Shown: in pieces, positions 15,995 through 20,569 of the stretch
How positions within the stretch are numbered: the first letter of the stretch is position 1
Layout: the number at the start of each line of letters is the position of its first letter
Assembly (NCBI GenBank): GCA_037446215.1
Contig: JBBIJB010000039.1
Coordinates: 1-20,569, forward strand
Reading direction: 5' to 3'
DNA from: Armatimonadota bacterium
GTDB taxonomy: Bacteria > Sysuimicrobiota > Sysuimicrobiia > Sysuimicrobiales > Humicultoraceae
Length of the DNA: 20,569 nucleotides
Made by a program: the position numbers and the translations under genes
Notes under the pieces: generated by a model
What the model saw: only the letters and a program-made list of their open reading frames with translations
Told to the model about the DNA's origin: nothing
Databases searched by the model: none

Positions 15995-17313
15995 TGGCGC
16001 ATTTGCGCGCGCCGATTCGCAGGGTCGGATCGCTCGTCTTCCTGACCGCCCTGGTGGCGATGCTGATTCTCCCGCTGGGAGTGGGCGCGCCGCCCGCGCC
16101 CTCGGGGCCGGCTCAGAGCGGCTGCGTGGCATGCCACACCAGCCGGACGATGCTGGAGCCGCTCGTGCCTCCACTGCCGCCTCCGCCTGCAGAGGGTGAG
16201 GGGTGAGCGGCCCCTCTGCCCCCGTCGGGGGCACCCTACGAGCGAAAGCTGGTTTCTCAGGCGTTCCTGAAGTCGACCCACGGCCGGCTCGGGTGCACGA
16301 CGTGCCACGCCGGAGCGCCGCAGACGCTGGATCGGAACTTGGCGCACAAGGGGCTCGTGCGTAGGCCCTCCGCGGACCCGATCAAGGCATGCGGAACCTG
16401 CCACTCCGAGACCGCCTCGAAGTTCTCGCGGAGCCTGCACTTCACCGCCCGTGGGCTCGAGACAGGGCTGAAGGCGCTCACAGGCCAGGTGCGGTGGGCT
16501 CTGTCGAAACCGACCTACCAGCGCTCGTGCAAGAGCTGCCACGCCACCTGCGGGGATTGCCACGTCAGCCAGCCGCCCTACATACCGCAGCCCCCGACGG
16601 TACTGGGCGGCCTGCTACGCGGGCATGAGTTCGTGCGCACGCCGCCGGCGGATCGGACCTGCGGCGGCTGTCACAGCGGACGGGTCTACGCCGAGTTCAC
16701 CGGCAGCTACGAGGGCTTCCCGGCGGACGTGCACTTCTCCAAGGCGAAGATGACCTGCACCTCGTGCCACACCGCTGCCCAGATGCACGGTGACGGCAGC
16801 ACGCCTGCCTACAGGCGGGAGGTCAAGACCAAGCCCGCCTGTACCGACTGCCACCCGACGGCCGCCCCAGGCAAGAGCAGGCTGCAGGCGCACAACGTCC
16901 ACGGCAACAAGCTCAACTGCGCTGTCTGCCACGGCGGCATCGTCAAGAGCTGCTTCGGCTGCCATGCCGGCGAGGGCTCGAGATCGCAGCCCACGTTCAA
17001 GATCGGCCGGAACACCGACCCAAACATACCCAACGCCTTCACGGTGCTCCGGCACATTCCGACGACCAAGGACATGATCGATCGGCCGACCGGCCTCTCT
17101 GGGGCGCTCGCGAACTTCGACCGAGTCCCCACGTGGAAGCCGGCGACGCCGCACAACATCCAGCGGGTGACGGCTCGCAGCCGCACCTGCGACGCCTGCC
17201 ACAACAACCCAAACCTGTTCCTGCGGCTACAGGACCTTGATCCCAGGGGCTCGCAGGCAAACGGCAGGGTGGTTATGTCGCCACCCCCGCCGCTACCACC
17301 AAGACCAAGGTAG
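15994..17313 (+). CDS. Secreted multiheme cytochrome c (11 CXXCH), putative selenoprotein with Sec71 encoded by in-frame TGA 16204-16206; 439 aa
   Basis: ORF-track pieces 15868..16206 and 16339..17313 share a frame. The bridge is open and reads AAPLPPSGAPYERKLVSQAFLKSTHGRLGCTTCHAG. Signal peptide occurs only in the upstream piece. Heme motifs: CVACH, CTTCH, CGTCH, CKSCH, CGDCH, CGGCH, CTSCH, CTDCH, CAVCH, CFGCH, CDACH. SECIS-like hairpin follows the TGA. Confidence 0.85.
16207..16233 (+). other. Putative bacterial SECIS element
   Basis: UGA, 10 nt, then UGCCCCC-GUC-GGGGGCA: 7-bp stem (16217-16223/16227-16233), apical loop starting with GU, 17 nt between UGA and loop. Confidence 0.75.
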
Positions 17314-17325
17314 GAGGTATTCAGA

Positions 17326-17769
17326 ATGTACAAGAGACTCTCGATAGTCGCCCTGCTGGCAGTAGCGCTGATCGTGGCGCCCGCTGCCGCGGCACCTTCT
17401 CCAACGCCTGGGGACGCCGCCCTTCAGTTCATTACCAACCTGCCCGACGGCTTCCGCAGCATCGCGCCCGCGGCCCTCAAGACCCGGCTGGACGCGGGTG
17501 AGAAGCCGTTCCTGCTCGACGTCCGCGAGCCCAACGAGACCGCGGCGGGCGTCATCGCAGGGGCGGTCGTGATCCCGATCCGCTCCCTCGCCGCGAACAT
17601 GGGCAAGATCCCCACGGTCAAGGAGGCCGAGATCATCGCCATCTGCCAGTCGGGGCTGCGCTCTTCGTACGTGGCCATGGCGCTCGTGATGAACGGCTAC
17701 ACCAACGCCAGGACCATGTCGCTCGGGATGCGCGAGTGGTACGCTCAGAACTGGCCCGTCGTCAAGTAG
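17326..17769 (+). CDS. Secreted single-domain rhodanese (sulfurtransferase)
   Basis: Signal peptide MYKRLSIVALLAVALIVAPAAAA, LLDVREPNE, GVIAGAVVIP, active loop ICQSGLRS, SLGMREW. SD AGGAGG. Confidence 0.92.
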   Translation: MYKRLSIVALLAVALIVAPAAAAPSPTPGDAALQFITNLPDGFRSIAPAALKTRLDAGEKPFLLDVREPNETAAGVIAGAVVIPIRSLAANMGKIPTVKEAEIIAICQSGLRSSYVAMALVMNGYTNARTMSLGMREWYAQNWPVVK

Positions 17770-17790
17770 GAGCCAGGCAGGCGCAGTAGC

Positions 17791-17828
17791 GAGCACCCCC
17801 GGGCCCATGCCCGGGGGTGCTTGTTCTT
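17791..17828 (+). terminator. Intrinsic terminator of the redox operon (probably also serves the convergent two-component genes)
   Basis: AGCACCCCCGGGC-CCAT-GCCCGGGGGTGCT (13-bp stem) followed by TGTTCTT. Confidence 0.85.
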
Positions 17829-17852
17829 GCTGTTGGATGGGGTACCGGTCTT

Positions 17853-18515
17853 CTAGGGCTCCTCTTCCAGGAGCCCCCTGCGCAGCGCGTAGCTCACCAG
17901 ATCTGCCCGCGTGTTGAGCTCCAGCTTCTCCATTATCCGGGAGCGGTAGGTCTCGACGCTCTTGGGGCTTAGGCCGAGCTGCTCCGCGATCTCGCGGGAG
18001 GTGAAGCCGGAGGCGACCAACTTCAGCACCTCGCGCTCCCGCTCGCTCAGCCGGTCGTAGCTGTCTCGCTCCTCGCCCCTGCTCACGCCCGCGATGACAT
18101 CCTCGAGCAGCCTTCGCGTCATCGCCGGGTGGAGGAAGGCGCCCCCGCCGGCGACCGTGCGGATGGCGGCCACCAGCTCCATGTCGGCGGCGGTCTTGTT
18201 GACGTACCCTGCCGCCCCCGCCTTCAGCACCGGGAACAGGTAGCGCTCCTGAGCGTGCACCGTGAGGATGAGTACCTGTGAGGGGAGGTCAAGGGCCCGT
18301 ATCTGCCGCGTCGCCTCCAGCCCGTCCAGCCCGGGCATGCTGATGTCCATGATCACGACGTCGGGGAGGAGCCGGCCGCTGAGCTCAACCGCCTTGTGGC
18401 CGTCCGATGCCTCGCCCACGACCACCATATCCGCCTCCTGCTCGATCAGCGTGCGCAGGCCGGTGCGCAGCACCGGGTGGTCGTCCGCCAGCAGCACACG
18501 AATCGGCTTAGCCAT
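17853..18515 (-). CDS. NarL/FixJ-family (LuxR-HTH) response regulator, NreC-like
   Basis: VLLADDHPVLR, MDISMPGLDGLEAT, ILTVH, GAAGYVNK; HTH LSEREREVLKLVASGFTSREIAEQLGLSPKSVETYRSRIMEKL. Confidence 0.95.
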   Translation of the reverse strand: MAKPIRVLLADDHPVLRTGLRTLIEQEADMVVVGEASDGHKAVELSGRLLPDVVIMDISMPGLDGLEATRQIRALDLPSQVLILTVHAQERYLFPVLKAGAAGYVNKTAADMELVAAIRTVAGGGAFLHPAMTRRLLEDVIAGVSRGEERDSYDRLSEREREVLKLVASGFTSREIAEQLGLSPKSVETYRSRIMEKLELNTRADLVSYALRRGLLEEEP

Positions 18516-19611
18516 TGCCGCCTCCCTCCCTGGACGAAGATACCCGGTCCGGCGCGAGGGCGGCCACCGCGGTTCCGCCGCCCGGCGACGACCTGATCGT
18601 CAGTTCACCGCCTATCAGCGCCATCCTCTCGCGCATCCCCGAGATGCCGAGCCCACCCCGGCCGGGCCGCAGCACGCTGGGTGTGATGCCGACGCCGTCG
18701 TCCCTCACCTCCAACTCGATGCGATCCTCCCCGCGCCGCAGCCGTACCCAGGCGCGGCTCGCGCCGGCGTGGCGGCGCATGTTGGTGAGGGCCTCCTGGG
18801 CGACCCGGAACAGGGCCAACTCCACCTCGGGACGCATCCGACCCTCGCACCCCTCACACAGGAACTCGATCTGGGTGGGCCCCACGGCGTTCAGGTCGTC
18901 GACGTAGGCGTGGAGGGCGGCGGTCAGCCCCAGGTCGTCAAGCACCGCGGGGCGGAGCTCGACGGCGATCCTGCGGACGTCCTCCAGGGCACGCGCGGCA
19001 AGCTCGCGTAGCTCCGTCACCCTCTCCTGGGCCCTCTCCGGTGTCCGGGCCTGTTCGAGAAGGCGGAGCCGGACGAGCAGCGAGGTCATCGACTGCGCGG
19101 CCTCGTCGTGAAGCTCCCGCGCGATCCGGCGGCGCTCTTCCTCCTGCGCCCCCAGGATCCGGCCGGGCAGATGCTTCAGGTGCTCGGCCTGCTCCTCGAT
19201 GGCGGTCACCATGCTGTTGAATGTGTCCGCGAGGCGGCCGAGCCGCTCGTCCGGCAGTCCTTCCGTAGCCACCCTGACACCGCTTCCGCCCGCACGGATG
19301 GCGTCCACCGCCCCCTGGAGGTTGTCCAGCGGCCGCAGGACCGCCCTCAGCACCAGGTAGTTCAGCACGAGGCTAACGGCCAGCCCCACCGCGGCGAAGC
19401 CCGACATCAGGCCGTAGTGCGGGTGTCCGGGGTGGAGCGCCCCGTGTCTGAGCGCCACCGTCATGCCCGTGATGGCGCCGCCGACGACCACAACGGCGTT
19501 CACCAGGAGTATCTTGTGGAGCAGGGGGATCCGGGCGATGCGGCTCAGGGCGCGGCCGGGCAGCAAAGGCAGGCGATCTGGCAGCGTCGGCGGGGCCTCT
19601 GGGTGGGTCAC
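18508..19611 (-). CDS. HAMP-containing HisKA_3 sensor histidine kinase (NarX/NreB/UhpB-like)
   Basis: Two TM helices, HAMP, QEEERRRIARELHDE, LRPAVLDDLGL, FRVAQEALTN, RDDGVG, GLGISGMRER. 8-bp overlap with the regulator. Confidence 0.94.
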   Translation of the reverse strand: MTHPEAPPTLPDRLPLLPGRALSRIARIPLLHKILLVNAVVVVGGAITGMTVALRHGALHPGHPHYGLMSGFAAVGLAVSLVLNYLVLRAVLRPLDNLQGAVDAIRAGGSGVRVATEGLPDERLGRLADTFNSMVTAIEEQAEHLKHLPGRILGAQEEERRRIARELHDEAAQSMTSLLVRLRLLEQARTPERAQERVTELRELAARALEDVRRIAVELRPAVLDDLGLTAALHAYVDDLNAVGPTQIEFLCEGCEGRMRPEVELALFRVAQEALTNMRRHAGASRAWVRLRRGEDRIELEVRDDGVGITPSVLRPGRGGLGISGMRERMALIGGELTIRSSPGGGTAVAALAPDRVSSSREGGGNG

Positions 19612-19703
19612 GCTCCCAGCCTACAACCGGCGAAACCCCACTCGCCATCGGTCGGCCGCAGTACCGCCGGCCTCGTGGGCGACGGGGGTGAAGGCGTCGA
19701 ACT

Positions 19704-19727
19704 GGGGAGGCCTACTACGGCCTCCCC
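19704..19727 (-). terminator. Stem-loop 3' of the cold-shock gene
   Basis: GGGGAGGCC-TACTAC-GGCCTCCCC perfect 9-bp inverted repeat, 25 bp after the stop codon. Confidence 0.6.
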
Positions 19728-19752
19728 GCCAGAGGACGGTGATGCCTGGTCG

Positions 19753-19959
19753 TTAAGGCACCGGCTTGACGTTGGCGGCCTGGGGTCCTTTCTGTCCCGT
19801 GGTCACCTCGTACTCAACTTTCTGGCCCTCCGAAAGGCTCTTGTAGCCTTCCTGTATGATCGCGGAGTAGTGGACGAAGACATCCTTTCCACCCTCGTCC
19901 GGAGTTATGAAGCCGTAGCCCTTTTCAGCGCTGAACCACTTGACGGTTCCTATAGGCAT
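19753..19959 (-). CDS. Cold-shock protein (CspA family)
   Basis: [15 protein letters not shown] (RNP1), DVFVHYSAI (RNP2), [10 protein letters not shown]. Confidence 0.97.
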   Translation of the reverse strand: MPIGTVKWFSAEKGYGFITPDEGGKDVFVHYSAIIQEGYKSLSEGQKVEYEVTTGQKGPQAANVKPVP

Positions 19960-20034
19960 CCTCTAGCCCACCTCTTTCGATCTTTGCCGCCCAACGATGC
20001 CGCCTGACGGCAGTGCAGTGTAGCCTTACAGCGC

Positions 20035-20042
20035 TATACTAT
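20035..20042. promoter_or_regulatory. Overlapping divergent -10-like hexamers between the csp and M16 peptidase genes
   Basis: TATACT on the plus strand (20035-20040) overlapping TAGTAT on the minus strand, in the intergenic region. Confidence 0.4.
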
Positions 20043-20115
20043 TGGCACCCGATGTGGGGATTCCTTCTTTTCGGAACGCGATTTTCGCCCGTGGGGCGAT
20101 GATTGGGGAGGCCTG

Positions 20116-20569
20116 GTGAGATTGAACACCCTACCGCTCCGCAGCCTCCTGGCTGCTGTACTCGGGGCAGCCCTGCTTGCCGTCCTGGGGGCGGGTGGTG
20201 CCAGCGGCCAGACCCGGCCGCCGTCTCGCCCCGTGCACGTCGTGCTCGAGAGCGGGCTCACGGTCATCGCAGAGGAGCAGCGCGCCACTGGAGTCGTAGC
20301 CCTGCACACGTGGGTCAGGGCAGGGTCGAGGGACGAGGAGGACGAGACCAGCGGCGCCGCGCACTTCCTGGAGCACATGCTGTTCAAGGGCACCTCCAGG
20401 CGGCGGGCCGAGGAGATCTCCCGCGAGGTCGAGGGAGCGGGAGGCATCCTCAACGCTGGTACCTCGATGGACTGGACCTACTACTACGTGGTCGCAACCG
20501 GCCGGCAGTTCGACCGGATGCTCGATCTCCAGTCAGACGCGGTGATGAACTCCCTGATAGATCCCGATG
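20116..20569 (+). CDS. Secreted M16 (insulinase/pitrilysin family) zinc peptidase, 3'-truncated; missing from the ORF track
   Basis: Manual translation from GTG 20116 (SD GGGGAGG): MRLNTLPLRSLLAAVLGAALLAVLGAGGASG...WVRAGSRDE...GAAHFLEHMLFKGT...GGILNAGTS. HXXEH motif; frame is open to the window end. Confidence 0.92.
   Translation, partial: MRLNTLPLRSLLAAVLGAALLAVLGAGGASGQTRPPSRPVHVVLESGLTVIAEEQRATGVVALHTWVRAGSRDEEDETSGAAHFLEHMLFKGTSRRRAEEISREVEGAGGILNAGTSMDWTYYYVVATGRQFDRMLDLQSDAVMNSLIDPD

Noticed and set aside
16018..16050. Tat signal in the cytochrome (IRR)
   Set aside because: RRVGSL does not fit S/T-R-R-x-F-L-K, and c-type cytochromes use the general secretory pathway.
15868..17313. Two separate genes (15868..16206 and 16339..17313) or a nonsense pseudogene
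   Set aside because: The downstream part lacks a start, SD and signal peptide and would lose a heme motif. The stop is UGA with a SECIS-like hairpin, and there is no other sign of decay. The 15868 start lies inside the receiver gene.
1..20569. CRISPR arrays, tRNA/rRNA (including tRNA-Sec), transposases, integrases
   Set aside because: None seen by eye: no spaced direct repeats, cloverleafs or recombinase motifs. Sec machinery would have to lie outside the window.

Overview
High-GC bacterial contig end (it begins with an Illumina adapter remnant) carrying about 17 real genes. In order: an ABC family-5 solute-binding protein, two coupled unknown proteins, a TIM-barrel sugar-phosphate isomerase/epimerase, a CBS-containing GuaB-like enzyme whose motifs point to GMP reductase rather than IMPDH, a TctC/Bug solute receptor, a sigma54-preceded Fe-containing alcohol dehydrogenase, a minus-strand run (OmpR regulator, HAMP kinase, cupin, ADP-forming acyl-CoA ligase, glycogen phosphorylase), a plus-strand redox operon, a NarL/HisKA_3 two-component pair, a cold-shock protein and a truncated M16 peptidase. 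The main result is in the redox operon. The ORF track splits one gene at an in-frame TGA (16204-16206, context GEG-U). Read through, it gives a 439-aa secreted protein with 11 CXXCH heme motifs. A bacterial-SECIS-like hairpin follows the TGA and the downstream half has no start codon of its own. This is a candidate selenocysteine-containing multiheme cytochrome c, flanked by a pseudo-receiver and a secreted rhodanese: a putative extracytoplasmic sulfur/selenium redox system. All family calls come from motif reading, not database searches.
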